A stretch of DNA of 64,000 nt. Origin: Pirellulales bacterium. Lineage in GTDB: Bacteria; Planctomycetota; Planctomycetia; Pirellulales; JAICIG01. The stretch's first letter is position 1. The number at the start of each line of letters is the position of its first letter. The notes beneath the pieces are model-generated. The model did not search any database and had not been told where the DNA came from. It saw only the letters and a list, made by a program, of their open reading frames with translations. A program made the translations under genes and the position numbers. Where the stretch lies: the NCBI GenBank assembly GCA_040901675.1, contig JBBDYJ010000032.1, forward strand, positions 263,371-327,370, written 5' to 3'. Shown in pieces: positions 1 to 10,197 of this stretch.

Positions 1-649
1 TCAACAGACCGACCACCAGCATGGGCAGCACGCACAACAACACGCCCAATAGCGGAAACAGGGGGGCAGCCAGGTAGCTGCGCCACTTGCCGGCCGCATA
101 CCGCACGGCCGGCTTCAAGCCGATGTTCTCCTCCCGGGCCAGTTGCACGGCGGCCATGCGAGTCAGCGCACCACCGAACAAGGCCCATACCGCCGCGGCC
201 CAAAGCAGGCACAACAGCAGGAAAGCCAGGCCGCGATAGGTCAACGTCAGATCGAAAAGCTGGCGTGCCGGAGCGCTCAACTGATGCCAGGGGCCCAAGA
301 GCGGATCGCTCGGGTAGCGGCCCAGGTGAGGCGGCGCGGTGAGCCAGTTGTCGGCGGTGTCCAGGCCATCGGGGGCCCGGAGCGGCGTCGGACTTACGTC
401 TTCAGGCCCCGACGCATCGAGCCAGGGGCAGCTCTGATAAGCGCGAGTCCAGTCGGCCAGGGGGCGCTCGTCGGCGCCCTCGAATAACAGGGCCACCAGC
501 CACCAGCCGAAAATCGTGGCCAGGACCGCGCTGGCGGCCACCAGCAACATGCGCGCCTGCATCGCCAAGCGCAGGGCCCTCACCAGGTTCAGCCAGGGAA
601 AGACTTCCCGCCAGGCGATCTCGCGCACCACACCGCGTTGTTCCTGCAT
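1..649 (-). CDS. Hypothetical membrane protein, 5' part (runs off the window start)
   Basis: ATG at 649 read by hand: MQEQRGVVREIAWREVFPWLNLVRALRLAMQARMLLVAASAVLATIFGWWLVALLF..., with hydrophobic segments and a promoter-like motif upstream. Not in the ORF track because its stop lies outside the window. Confidence 0.7.
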   Translation of the reverse strand, partial: MQEQRGVVREIAWREVFPWLNLVRALRLAMQARMLLVAASAVLATIFGWWLVALLFEGADERPLADWTRAYQSCPWLDASGPEDVSPTPLRAPDGLDTADNWLTAPPHLGRYPSDPLLGPWHQLSAPARQLFDLTLTYRGLAFLLLCLLWAAAVWALFGGALTRMAAVQLAREENIGLKPAVRYAAGKWRSYLAAPLFPLLGVLLCVLPMLVVGLL

Positions 650-699
650 TGAGTCGCTCCAGCAGCCATCAGAGACTAGAAAAGTTGGAAAGCGCCGGC

Positions 700-727
700 A
701 TTATAGGACCTTCGGGCCGGCATGCAA
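700..727 (-). promoter_or_regulatory. sigma70-type promoter TTGCAT-N16-TATAAT
   Basis: Minus strand reads TTGCAT (727-722) and TATAAT (705-700), about 50 nt upstream of the ATG at 649. Confidence 0.55.
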
Positions 728-817
728 GGAAAGATGGGCGGCCTGCGCTATCGGGCGAATCCCGGCGGGGGCGTCTCGCGAGGGCCCGACGTCGGCACCG
801 GCCGTGAGAATGCCCCA

Positions 818-1009
818 TTAATCCTGCTGTGGTTGCTCTTCGAACTGCTCGTCGTCCTCGTCCTCGCGGCGAGGCTCGGGCACGGCATACTGCTCGCCCA
901 GCCAACGGCCCAGGTCGACCTGCCGGCAGCGCGGGCCGCAGAACGGCAGGGCCGCTGAGGTCTCGGAATCAAATCGCTTGTCGCAGATCGGACAGCGCAG
1001 CACGCTCAT
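818..1009 (-). CDS. yacG: DNA gyrase inhibitor YacG (zinc finger)
   Basis: MSVLRCPICDKRF...LPFCGPRCRQVDLGRWLGEQYAVP matches the CxxC...PFCxxRCxxxDLGxW signature; acidic tail; 63 aa. Confidence 0.9.
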   Translation of the reverse strand: MSVLRCPICDKRFDSETSAALPFCGPRCRQVDLGRWLGEQYAVPEPRREDEDDEQFEEQPQQD

Positions 1010-1049
1010 TGCAAAGCGGGCAGGGTGTGGGATGGTAAGGTATGCCAGT

Positions 1050-1397
1050 TCAGTCTTCGCTCTTACGCTTGCTCTTGGTCTTGGATTCGTGGGTCGCGGC
1101 CGAACCATTCGATGCCGCCGGCTTGGATTCCGAGGTGCCGGAGGACTTGGTTTCGGCGGCCTTGCTCTCGGCGGCCGGCTTGCTCTCGGCTTCGGCCCTT
1201 TTTTTATACGACTCGCTGCGGTAGTCGGTTTGGTAGAACCCAGAGCCTTTGAAGACGATTGCGGCGCCCGGACCAATCAGCCGGCGCAGCTTTCGCTTTC
1301 GGCACTGAGGGCATTTCTTCTCGGCTTCTGCGGTGATCGACTGGAATAACTCGAACTTATGGTCGCAGGCGTCGCAGACGTAGTCGTAGGTTGGCAT
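1050..1397 (-). CDS. FmdB-family zinc-ribbon regulatory protein
   Basis: MPTYDYVCDACDHKFE...KKCPQC...IVFKGSGFYQTDY, followed by a low-complexity tail. Confidence 0.9.
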   Translation of the reverse strand: MPTYDYVCDACDHKFELFQSITAEAEKKCPQCRKRKLRRLIGPGAAIVFKGSGFYQTDYRSESYKKRAEAESKPAAESKAAETKSSGTSESKPAASNGSAATHESKTKSKRKSED

Positions 1398-1468
1398 ACA
1401 GTTCCTCTTGAAATGGTCCGAAGAAAACTCGTTGCTTGGGCGAACTGCCGTTGGCGGGAGGTGTATCG

Positions 1469-2017
1469 CTACTGGGCTGGCGGCGGGGCGGAAACGATGA
1501 CCTTGGCGGGCCTGACAACCCGGTCGTGCAACTGGTAGCCGTCTTCCACCACGTCGACGACCGTATTCGGGGGGTACTGGGCATCGGCGCGCTGCGAAAT
1601 GGCCTCATGCCGGTTCGGGTCGAACGGCTGCCCCAGCGCGTCGATCCGTTGGCACTGATACCGCGAGAGCACCGAGGCCAGTTGCTGGGCAACCATCTTG
1701 AATCCTTCCAGCAGCGAAGTGGCCTCGGCTGTCTTTTCGGCTGCCTCGATGGCCCGGCCGACGTTATCGACCACTCCCAGCAGGTCTCGCAGCAGCGGCA
1801 GATTGGCATAGCGGCGTTCGTCTTCCATCTCGCGGCGGCTGCGCTTGCGGAAGTTCTCCAATTCCGCCAGGTTCCGCAGCGCGCGCTCGTTGGCCTGCTG
1901 GAGTTCCCGGCGAAGCCGGTCGGACGGCTCGGCCGTGGCCTGCTCGATCAGGGCATCGCGCTCGGGCGAATCTTCGGCTGCCGGGTTCGCTTCGTCTCGA
2001 TGGTCTTGATCGTTCAT
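1469..2017 (-). CDS. grpE: Nucleotide exchange factor GrpE
   Basis: AELENFRKR, GQPFDPNRHEA and GYQLHDRVVRPAKV motifs; start taken at MNDQDH (2017). Confidence 0.95.
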   Translation of the reverse strand: MNDQDHRDEANPAAEDSPERDALIEQATAEPSDRLRRELQQANERALRNLAELENFRKRSRREMEDERRYANLPLLRDLLGVVDNVGRAIEAAEKTAEATSLLEGFKMVAQQLASVLSRYQCQRIDALGQPFDPNRHEAISQRADAQYPPNTVVDVVEDGYQLHDRVVRPAKVIVSAPPPAQ

Positions 2018-2060
2018 GGCTGAACAGTGCATTTGCTCTGGGGTTGGTGGTCTTCCTAAA

Positions 2061-2088
2061 GGAGCCCTCACGCTCCGCGTGAGGAAGC
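2061..2088 (+). repeat. REP-like palindrome (GGAG-CCCTCACGCTCCGCGTGAGGAAGC)
   Basis: Hairpin CCTCACGC-TCC-GCGTGAGG; related copies at 39119-39181 and 41605-41633. Confidence 0.7.
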
Positions 2089-2092
2089 CGGC

Positions 2093-3265
2093 TCAATCCT
2101 GGGCCGGGGCCTCCTCCTGCGGGATGAAGTAGTCGCGCAGCTTCTCGAAAAAACTCTTGCGGTGCGGGCTGACGTTCACCCGCTCTTCCTCGGCCAACTC
2201 CCGCAGCAGCTCCTCCTGTCGCGATGTCAGGTTCTTGGGAATATCGACGTTGACCTGCACCAGCAAATCCCCGCGGCCGCGGGCACGGGGATCGGGCATG
2301 CCGCGGCCTCTCAGCTTGAACACCTCTCCCGGCTGTGTTCCGGCGGGGATTTCGAGCGGTTCGCGGCCGTCCAAGGTGGGCACTTCGATCGTGGCGCCCA
2401 GGGCGGCCTGTGAATAGCTCAGTGGCAACCGGCAGATCAGATGTTGTCCTTCCCGCTCGAACAGTGGATGCTCGCGGACCGTGATGAAACAATAACAGTC
2501 GCCCGGCGGACCGCCGTCGGGGCTCGGGTTGCCTTCGCCGCTGAGCCGCAGGCGCGTGTCGCTGTCGACGCCCGCCGGAATACGCACCTCGCGTTCGACC
2601 CGCCCCCGGACCATCCCCTCGCCGCGGCACTCCGGGCAGGGCTCCTTGATCACGCTGCCCGCTCCCCGGCAAGACGGGCAAGTCGTTTGGATCCGGAACA
2701 TGCCGGACGACTGGATCACCTGCCCCACGCCCCCGCAGTAACGGCAGGCTTCCGGCGACGAGCCGCGCCGGGCGCCGCTGCCATCGCACTGGCCGCACCG
2801 CTGGTGCCGCTCGAAGCGGAGCTTCTTGGTGGCCCCCCGTGCGGCCTCGTGCAGGTCCAGCGTCACGTCGCAGCGCACGTCGGCCCCGCGGTGCTGGCGC
2901 CGGCCGCGGCGGCCTTGCCGGCCCCCGAACAGGTCGCCGAACATGGCGTCGCCGAAGATATCGCCGAAGGCCTGGAAAATGTCGTTGACGTCGGTGAAGT
3001 GGGGCGCGCCGCCGCCGGGACCGTCGACGCCGGCATGTCCGAACCGGTCGTAGCGGGCCCGTTTGTCGCCGTCGCTGAGAACCTCGAAGGCCTCGGCCGC
3101 CTCCTTGAACCGTTGCACGGCCTCGTCGTCGCCCGGGTTCTTGTCCGGATGGAACTGGATGGCCAGCTTGCGGTAGGCGGTGGCAATTTCCTTTTCCGAG
3201 GCGTCACGCCCAACGCCCAGGACCTCGTAGTAGTCGCGCTTGGCTTTCGCTGCCATAGTGGCCAT
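2093..3265 (-). CDS. dnaJ: Molecular chaperone DnaJ (class A)
   Basis: J domain with HPD, G/F-rich linker, four CxxCxGxG repeats, C-terminal domain. Confidence 0.97.
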   Translation of the reverse strand: MATMAAKAKRDYYEVLGVGRDASEKEIATAYRKLAIQFHPDKNPGDDEAVQRFKEAAEAFEVLSDGDKRARYDRFGHAGVDGPGGGAPHFTDVNDIFQAFGDIFGDAMFGDLFGGRQGRRGRRQHRGADVRCDVTLDLHEAARGATKKLRFERHQRCGQCDGSGARRGSSPEACRYCGGVGQVIQSSGMFRIQTTCPSCRGAGSVIKEPCPECRGEGMVRGRVEREVRIPAGVDSDTRLRLSGEGNPSPDGGPPGDCYCFITVREHPLFEREGQHLICRLPLSYSQAALGATIEVPTLDGREPLEIPAGTQPGEVFKLRGRGMPDPRARGRGDLLVQVNVDIPKNLTSRQEELLRELAEEERVNVSPHRKSFFEKLRDYFIPQEEAPAQD

Positions 3266-3371
3266 GGCTACCGGTCGGGTTATCGAGTTGCGTTAGGTAA
3301 TTATAGCCCGAACAGGGCCGGCCGCTTTCCGGCGGGCTGCTGGAGTGGCCGTGACCGCCCGAATCGGCTTG

Positions 3372-3421
3372 AAAAACGGGCCACCCGCCGCGCACGTCCA
3401 GTGGGTGGCCGGGTGGCCCGT
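3372..3421 (-). terminator. Intrinsic terminator after the second groEL
   Basis: Minus strand ACGGGCCACCC...GGGTGGCCCGT followed by a T-run; a separate TATAAT (3305-3300) lies upstream of dnaJ. Confidence 0.6.
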
Positions 3422-3454
3422 GAGGACCCGATTGGTTGGGGCTCAAGGCCGCCG

Positions 3455-5074
3455 TCAGCGGATGCTCCCCTCGATGCGATGCTTTTTCTTGTCGTCCTTG
3501 TCCAGGTTGGTGACCAAGGCCTCGGTCGTCAACATCAAAGCGGCAATACTGGCCGCATTGCTCAAGGCGGTTCGGACCACCTTCAAGGGGTCGATGATGC
3601 CCGCCTTGTACATGTCGACATACTCGGCCTTGTTGGCGTCGTAGCCGACGTTGGCCGGCTTGCGGCTGACCTCGTCGGCCACGACCGAGCCGTCGATGCC
3701 GCAGTTGTCGGCAATTTGCTCCAGCGGGCTCGCGATCGCGTGCAGCACGATGTCGACGCCGATTTTTTCATCGCCTTTGGCCGACCCGCGGATCTTCTCG
3801 ATGGCTTCGCGGCAGCGCAGCAAGGCCACGCCGCCTCCCGGCAGGATGCCTTCCTCGACCGCGGCACGGGTGGCGTGCAACGCGTCCTCGACGCGCGCTT
3901 TCTTCTGCTTCATATCCGATTCGCTGCTGGCCCCGACCGAGATGATCGCCACCCCGCCGGTCAGCTTGGCCAGCCGCTCCTGGAACTTCTCGCGATCGTA
4001 TTCGCTCTCGGTGGCCTCGATCTGGTTGCGGATCTGCTGGATCCGGTTCTGGATGTCGGCCGTCTTGCCGGCGCCCTGCACGATGGTGGTGTTGCTCTTG
4101 TCGACGGTGATCTTCTTGGCCCGTCCCAACTGCTCCAGCGTCAGGTTCTCGAGCTTGATGCCCAGGTCCTCGCTGATCAGCGTGCCGCCGGTCAAGACGG
4201 CGAGGTCGCCCAGCATGGCCTTGCGGCGGTCGCCGAATCCCGGCGCCTTGACCGCGCAGACGTTCAGCACGCCGCGGAGCTTGTTGACGACCAGCGTCGT
4301 CAAGGCTTCACCCTCGATGTCCTCGGCGACGATCAGCAGCGGCCGGCCCGCCTGGCTCGTCTTCTCCAGGATCGGGATCAGGTCCCGCAAGTTGCTGATC
4401 TTTTTCTCGTGGATCAGGATGTAAGCGTCCTCCAGAACGCAGTCCATCTCCGAAGGGCGGTTGATGAAGTAAGGCGACAAGTACCCCTTGTCGAACTGCA
4501 TTCCTTCCACCAGCTCGAGCGTGGTTTCGGTGCCCTTGCTTTCCTCGACCGTGATCACGCCGTCCTTGCCCACCTTCTCCATGGCGTCGGCCAACAGCTC
4601 GCCGATCGCCTGGTCGTTGTTGGCGCTGACCGCGCCCACCTGGGCGATCTCGGCCTTGCTCGAAACCGGCTTGGCCTGGGTCTTGAGCTGTTCGATGGCC
4701 GCATCCACGGCCCTTTCAATGCCCCGCCGCATGGCCGCCGGGTTGCTGCCGGCCGCCACGTTGCGAATGCCTTCCTTGAAGATCGCCCGGGCCAGTACGG
4801 TGGCGGTGGTGGTGCCGTCGCCGGCCACGTCGGAGGTCTTCGACGCCACCTCGTTGACCAGCTTGGCGCCCATGTTCTCGAAGCGATCTTCGAGTTCGAT
4901 CTCCTTGCTGACCGTGACGCCGTCCTTGGTCACCGTGGGACCTCCGAACGATTTGTCGATGATCACGTTTCGTCCGGTCGGCCCCATGGTAATGGCGACC
5001 GCGTCGGCCAGTTTATCCACGCCGCGGAGCATCTTGGCCCGTGCGGCGTCGTCGAACATTAATTGCTTAGCCAC
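3455..5074 (-). CDS. groEL: Chaperonin GroEL (no GGM tail)
   Basis: [19 protein letters not shown] and [10 protein letters not shown] motifs; ends [11 protein letters not shown]. Confidence 0.97.
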   Translation of the reverse strand: MAKQLMFDDAARAKMLRGVDKLADAVAITMGPTGRNVIIDKSFGGPTVTKDGVTVSKEIELEDRFENMGAKLVNEVASKTSDVAGDGTTTATVLARAIFKEGIRNVAAGSNPAAMRRGIERAVDAAIEQLKTQAKPVSSKAEIAQVGAVSANNDQAIGELLADAMEKVGKDGVITVEESKGTETTLELVEGMQFDKGYLSPYFINRPSEMDCVLEDAYILIHEKKISNLRDLIPILEKTSQAGRPLLIVAEDIEGEALTTLVVNKLRGVLNVCAVKAPGFGDRRKAMLGDLAVLTGGTLISEDLGIKLENLTLEQLGRAKKITVDKSNTTIVQGAGKTADIQNRIQQIRNQIEATESEYDREKFQERLAKLTGGVAIISVGASSESDMKQKKARVEDALHATRAAVEEGILPGGGVALLRCREAIEKIRGSAKGDEKIGVDIVLHAIASPLEQIADNCGIDGSVVADEVSRKPANVGYDANKAEYVDMYKAGIIDPLKVVRTALSNAASIAALMLTTEALVTNLDKDDKKKHRIEGSIR

Positions 5075-5139
5075 GTTGGCGGTTCCTTCTTTCTTTAGTT
5101 TCGCGGTTGTTGTTGGATGCGCGGTGTTGAAGTTGCCTG

Positions 5140-5439
5140 CTAACCGACGACCTTGGCCAGGATGTCGCTTTCCCGCAGGATCTTCACGTCGCGGCCGTTC
5201 AGCTCGATTTCCGTACCGGAATACTTGCCATAAATCACTTCGTCGCCCACGTGGACCGAGAGCGTTCCCCGCTCGCCGCTATCCATCAGCTTGCCCGGAC
5301 CGATCGAAACGATCGTGCCCCGCTGCGGCTTCTCCTTGGCGGTGTCGGGCAGCACGATGCCTCCCGCGGTTGTCTCCTCGGCCTCCATCGGTTCCACAAC
5401 AACACGGTCGTCCAGCGGTCGCAGCTTGACGTCTTTCAT
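5140..5439 (-). CDS. groES: Co-chaperonin GroES
   Basis: [26 protein letters not shown] and ILRESDILA motifs; start MKDVK at 5439. Confidence 0.97.
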   Translation of the reverse strand: MKDVKLRPLDDRVVVEPMEAEETTAGGIVLPDTAKEKPQRGTIVSIGPGKLMDSGERGTLSVHVGDEVIYGKYSGTEIELNGRDVKILRESDILAKVVG

Positions 5440-5551
5440 GGTTCGTTCTCTCGAATTAAAGCGGTTTTGTCGGATCCTGTCGCCCATAGCCGCGTTGGTA
5501 AGCGCGGCACTTGTGTTTGCTTGAGATGTCCTCTGGGGTTACGACCACAAG

Positions 5552-7243
5552 CTACATCCCCATATCTCCCATGCCACCCATTCCTCCCATGCCACCCCCC
5601 ATGCCTCCCATACCACCCATGCCATGGTCGTGGCCGGCATGGTCCTCGCCACCCTCGTCCTCTTTGGGGATCTCGGCTACCAAGGACTCGGTCGTCAACA
5701 GCAGCGATGCCACGCTGGCCGCGTTCTGCAGGGCACAGCGAACCACCTTGGCCGGGTCGATGATGCCGGCCGCAACCAGGTCGCAGTAGGTGTCGCGATC
5801 GGCGTCGTAGCCCTCGTTCTTGTTCTTCAACTGGCGCACGCGGTTGACCACTACGGCGCCATCGACGCCCGCGTTGTCGGCGATGCAACGCAACGGATAG
5901 TCGAGCACGTTTCGGACGATCCTGGCTCCCAACGCTTCGTCGCCCGTCAGGTCGAGCTTGTCCAACGCCTTCTCGCTGCGGATCAGGGCCATGCCGCCGC
6001 CGGGCACGATGCCCTCTTCCAGGGCCGCCTGGGTGGCCGCCTTGGCGTCTTCGAGCAGCACCTTGCGCTCCTTCATTTCCGTTTCGGTAGCGGCGCCGAC
6101 ATTGATCTGGGCCACGCCGCCTGAGAGCTTGGCCAACCGCTCTTGCAGCTTTTCGCGGTCGTACTCGCTGTCGGTCACCTCGATCTCGCGGCGGATCTGC
6201 TCGGCCCGGCCGTCGATTTCGGCCTTCTTGCCTGCGCCTCCGACGATGGTCGTGTTCTCCGCGGTGATCGAGACCTTCCTGGCACGGCCGAGATCGGACA
6301 GCTTGACCGAGTCGAGCGAGATGCCCAGGTCCTTGAAGATGGCGGTTCCGGCCGTAAGGACCGCCAGGTCGCCCAGAATGGCCTTGCGCCGGTCGCCGTA
6401 GCCGGGGGCCTTGACCGCACACACGCTCAGGATGCCGCGCAGCTTGTTGACGACCAGCGTCGCCAGGGCTTCTCCCTCCAGGTCCTCGGCGATAATCAAC
6501 AGCGGCTTGTTCGCCTTGCTCACCGCTTCCAGCAGCGGCACCAGGTTCTTGGCGTTGGAGATCTTCTCTTCGTAAATCAGGATCAGGCAGTTCTCCAGCT
6601 CGACCGTCTGCTCATCCGGGTTGGTGACGAAGTGCGGCGACAAGTAACCGCGGTCGAACTGCATTCCTTCGACCACTTCGACGGTGGTCTCGGCCTGACG
6701 GCCTTCTTCCACCGTGATGACGCCATCCTTTCCCACCTTGAGGAAGGCATCGGCCAGCACCTCGCCGATGCTCGGATCGTTGTTGCCGGCAATCGTGGCG
6801 ACCTGCTTGATCTCGGTCTTGTTCTTTTCGTTGATCGGCATGGCGAGCTTCTGGATCGCTTCGACCACCGCCTCCGTGGCTTTGCCGATTCCACGAGAAA
6901 GCGCCATGGGGTCGGCCCCGGACGCAATCATCTTCAGGCCTTCTTTGAAAATCGCCTCGGCCAGGAGGGTGGCGGTCGTCGTGCCGTCGCCGGCGACGTC
7001 GTTGGTCTTGCTGGCCGCCTCTTTGACCAGTTGAGCGCCCAGGTTCTCGAACGGGTCTTCCAGTTCAATGTCTTCGGCCACGGTCACGCCGTCCTTGGTG
7101 ACCTTGGGCGAGCCCCACCCCTTGTCGAGCACCGCGTTGCGGCCGCGAGGCCCCAGCGTACTGCGCACCGCGCGTGCCAGTTTCGAAGCGCCGGCCAATA
7201 GCGGCTGCCTCGCCTCGTCATCGAAGACCATCTGTTTTGCCAC
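5552..7243 (-). CDS. groEL: Chaperonin GroEL (His + GGM tail)
   Basis: GTG start at 7243 after an AGGAGGA Shine-Dalgarno; GDGTTT motif; C-terminus [31 protein letters not shown]. Confidence 0.97.
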   Translation of the reverse strand: MAKQMVFDDEARQPLLAGASKLARAVRSTLGPRGRNAVLDKGWGSPKVTKDGVTVAEDIELEDPFENLGAQLVKEAASKTNDVAGDGTTTATLLAEAIFKEGLKMIASGADPMALSRGIGKATEAVVEAIQKLAMPINEKNKTEIKQVATIAGNNDPSIGEVLADAFLKVGKDGVITVEEGRQAETTVEVVEGMQFDRGYLSPHFVTNPDEQTVELENCLILIYEEKISNAKNLVPLLEAVSKANKPLLIIAEDLEGEALATLVVNKLRGILSVCAVKAPGYGDRRKAILGDLAVLTAGTAIFKDLGISLDSVKLSDLGRARKVSITAENTTIVGGAGKKAEIDGRAEQIRREIEVTDSEYDREKLQERLAKLSGGVAQINVGAATETEMKERKVLLEDAKAATQAALEEGIVPGGGMALIRSEKALDKLDLTGDEALGARIVRNVLDYPLRCIADNAGVDGAVVVNRVRQLKNKNEGYDADRDTYCDLVAAGIIDPAKVVRCALQNAASVASLLLTTESLVAEIPKEDEGGEDHAGHDHGMGGMGGMGGGMGGMGGMGDMGM

Positions 7244-7345
7244 AGCGATTTCCTCCTGGTGGTGCTGAACTGTTGAGGCGCGAGCGTGTTTTGTCCGAAC
7301 CGCTACCACATTTGGCAGGCGGTCGCCTTTGGAACAGCGCAAAAC

Positions 7346-7360
7346 GCAAGCCGCGTGCCA
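7346..7360 (-). promoter_or_regulatory. sigma54 (-24/-12) promoter of the groEL operon
   Basis: Minus strand TGGCACG-CGGC-TTGC matches consensus TGGCACG-N4-TTGC; about 100 nt upstream of groEL. Confidence 0.75.
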
Positions 7361-7527
7361 CGAAAAGCAGTCTCGTCGTAAGATCCTTTTATAAAACGCT
7401 TTATGTCTACTATCCATCGGCCTCGCCGGGTTCCTGAAAGGCGCGGCGCCCGAGTGCCAAATTGGCAGACCGGTCTCGAAACGCGAGGCGGCGACCGCCC
7501 GGCTGGTAGAATCCGGCTCGAGCCGGG

Positions 7528-8694
7528 ATGGAGCGGGCCGTAGCTTTGAGGAGAGGCCGTTTGAGCGATCTCAGACTGCTCTTCGTGACAGCCGCGACGT
7601 TTGCCATGAGCGGCATCGTCGCCGCCTACGAGGGAGCGTCGGTTGCGACTGGCGAGCCATCCCCCCAGGCCGATGGATCGCCAGAGCGGCCTGCGGGCGA
7701 ACCACTGAAAAGTCGACGGAAAAGTCAACCTGCCAAACCGCGTGCCCGCACGATGGAACCATCGGCCGACAGGAGTTATGGAGGCCCGCTGCCACCGCTT
7801 TCCGAGACCGAGGTCGAGATGGCAGGTGAGTTGCGACAATACGTGGACAAGCTGGCGGGCGAGATTGGCGAGCGCAACCTGGTTCGGCACAAGAAGCTGA
7901 TCGAGGCGGCCGACTGGCTCGAAACCACGTTGACCGGGTTTGGCTACCAGGTGCGCCGGCAGACCTACGATGTGCAAGGCAGGCCCTGCCATAATCTGGA
8001 GGTCGAGCTCCAGGGAAGCGGAGACCGGGCCGGCGAAATCGTGATTGTTGGCGCTCACTATGACTCGGTGGCCGGCTCACCCGGCGCCAACGACAACGGC
8101 AGCGGCGTGGCATCGCTTCTTTCGATGGCTCGCCGATACGCCGGCCGGCGGACGGCGCGGACGCTGCGGCTGGTGCTGTTTGCCAACGAGGAGCCGCCGT
8201 ACTTTCAAACCGGGACGATGGGCAGCCGGGTGTATGCCCGCAACAGCCGCCGGCTAGACGAGAACATTGTCGCGGTGATCAGCCTGGAGACGATGGGCTA
8301 TTACAGCGACGCGAGAAACAGTCAAAAGTATCCGCCGCTGCTGAGGTTTGCCTATCCATCGACGGGCAACTTCATCGGCTTCGTGGGAAACGTCGAGTCC
8401 AGGCCTCTGGTCGACCAGGTGGTGAGTTCGTTTCGCCGCCGGGCCCGATTCCCCTCCGAAAAAGCCGCGCTTTCCTCCGGGATTCCCGGCGTCGGCTGGT
8501 CCGACCACTGGTCGTTCTGGCAGGAAGGTTATCCAGGACTGATGGTGACCGACACGGCGCCGTTCCGGTATCCGCACTATCACACGGCCCAGGACACGCC
8601 CGACAAGGTCGACTACGACCGGCTTGCTCGCGTCGTGGCCCCGCTGAGCGACGTGATCGTGGAACTCGCCGGCATGGCGGACAAGGAGGAATAG
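7528..8694 (+). CDS. M28-family metallopeptidase, exported
   Basis: N-terminal hydrophobic segment; [22 protein letters not shown] and HYHT motifs. Confidence 0.9.
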   Translation: MERAVALRRGRLSDLRLLFVTAATFAMSGIVAAYEGASVATGEPSPQADGSPERPAGEPLKSRRKSQPAKPRARTMEPSADRSYGGPLPPLSETEVEMAGELRQYVDKLAGEIGERNLVRHKKLIEAADWLETTLTGFGYQVRRQTYDVQGRPCHNLEVELQGSGDRAGEIVIVGAHYDSVAGSPGANDNGSGVASLLSMARRYAGRRTARTLRLVLFANEEPPYFQTGTMGSRVYARNSRRLDENIVAVISLETMGYYSDARNSQKYPPLLRFAYPSTGNFIGFVGNVESRPLVDQVVSSFRRRARFPSEKAALSSGIPGVGWSDHWSFWQEGYPGLMVTDTAPFRYPHYHTAQDTPDKVDYDRLARVVAPLSDVIVELAGMADKEE

Positions 8695-8724
8695 CGACGC
8701 GGCGGCGCGCATTTGCCGTCAGGC

Positions 8725-9783
8725 TCATGGCCGGAAGTCGTCGTCCGCCTTGAGGCTCATGGCGAAGCCGGCCAACAACTCGGCGGCATGGTCGATGTCC
8801 TCGAGCGAGATCATCTCTACCGGCGTGTGCATGTAACGGTTGGGAATGCTCACCAGGCCTACGGCCATGCCGCCGCGGCTGACCTGCATCGTGTTGGCAT
8901 CGGTGGGAGTGGCCCTGCCGCAGGCGGCCACCTGGTAGTCGATGCCCGACGAGCCGGCGGTTTCCATCAGCCGCGCCACCACGCGCGGGTTCATGTTCGG
9001 GCCGCGGTAGATGACCGGGCCTTTGCCCAAGGCGACGTCGCCTTCCTGCTTCTTGTCGATCGTCGGACAGTCGGTGGCGTGCGTGACGTCCACGGCAATG
9101 CCCACCTGGGCCTCGATGCCAAAAGCGCTGGTCGCCGCGCCGCGCAGACCGATCTCCTCCTGCACCGTCGATACGGCGTACAAGGCACAGTCCAGCTTCT
9201 TGCGGTCGGCCCGGCGCAGCGCTTCGAGCACCACCCACAGGCCGCACTTGTTGTCCATCGCCGGCGAGTAAGCCAGGTTGTTGGCCATCGGCCTGTAGCC
9301 CAGCTCCAAGGTGACCGGGTCGCCGACGTGCACCTGGCGCTCGGCGTCGGCCTTGTCTTTGGCGGCGATGTCGAGCCAGAGGTCCTTGAGCTTGGGCACC
9401 TGCTTGCGTTCCTCCTCGGTCAGCAGGTGAATCGGCTTGCGGCCGATCACGGCCGGCAGCGGTCCCGAGGCGGTCCAGACGGTCATCCGCTGGCCGACCA
9501 GGACCTGCGGGTCCCAGCCGCCGATCGGCTGAGCATATAAAAACCCTTCGCCGTCGATGTACTGCACCAGCATGCCGATCTGGTCGACGTGTCCGGCGAA
9601 CATCACGCGGAGCCGGGCCTCCGGGTTCTTGACGGCGATCACGTTGCCGTGCAGGTCGGTGGTGACCTTGTCGGCCCAATCGGCCGTATAGCGGCGGACC
9701 AGTTCCTGCGCCGGCCGCTCAAAGCCTGACGGGCTTGGGGTTTCGAGGATCTGTTTGAAGAATTCGAGCGCGTGGGCGTCCAT
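8725..9783 (-). CDS. M42-family aminopeptidase
   Basis: SPSGFE, GHVDQIG, IGGWDP, DNK, QEEIGLRGA and YMHTPVE motifs. Confidence 0.93.
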   Translation of the reverse strand: MDAHALEFFKQILETPSPSGFERPAQELVRRYTADWADKVTTDLHGNVIAVKNPEARLRVMFAGHVDQIGMLVQYIDGEGFLYAQPIGGWDPQVLVGQRMTVWTASGPLPAVIGRKPIHLLTEEERKQVPKLKDLWLDIAAKDKADAERQVHVGDPVTLELGYRPMANNLAYSPAMDNKCGLWVVLEALRRADRKKLDCALYAVSTVQEEIGLRGAATSAFGIEAQVGIAVDVTHATDCPTIDKKQEGDVALGKGPVIYRGPNMNPRVVARLMETAGSSGIDYQVAACGRATPTDANTMQVSRGGMAVGLVSIPNRYMHTPVEMISLEDIDHAAELLAGFAMSLKADDDFRP

Positions 9784-9884
9784 GATCCCTTTCCAAAACG
9801 TGCAGCGATACTGCTACGAAAGTATGCGTCGCAGCCGGGAAGAGGCAAGAGCGAAATGCGCGGCTGCTGCCGGACGCGAGCTAC

Positions 9885-10160
9885 TCAGTCGCAGCAGGGG
9901 CAGAGCTGCGGGACGTAGACGGTCAGCGTGGCAGAGAACTGGGTCTTTTCGTAGCCATCGCCTTTCTGATCCGGCTCGGCATGGTGGGCGGAGACGAGGA
10001 TATAGTTGCCGCCGACCGGCGTGTAACTCGCCCGGCCCTCGGCGTCGGTCATACGTTCGAATTGGTCGTCAAAGCCCTGGTCGAGCGTGGTGCCGCGGGG
10101 CACGAAGGCGACGCGGGCATTGGCCAGTGGCTTGCCGTGGTAAAGCAATTGGATCTGGTA
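9885..10160 (-). pseudogene. 3' remnant of a DUF4198-like periplasmic protein
   Basis: IQLLYHGKPLANARVAFVP...TDAEGRASYT...ATLTVYVP resembles the DUF4198 C-terminal domain; in-frame stop at 10203-10205 upstream; no signal peptide or N-terminal part. Confidence 0.6.
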
Positions 10161-10197
10161 ACTGAGCTTTCGATTGTACTCGCTGGAGCATTCCGGT

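Noticed and set aside
2441..7201. Long plus-strand ORFs (e.g. 2441..5062, 6143..7201) opposite dnaJ and groEL
   Set aside because: Antisense shadows of high-GC coding genes; no recognisable motifs
7434..7460. CIRCE element upstream of groEL
   Set aside because: Only one half-site (TTGGCACTC on the minus strand); the partner arm at N9 spacing does not match
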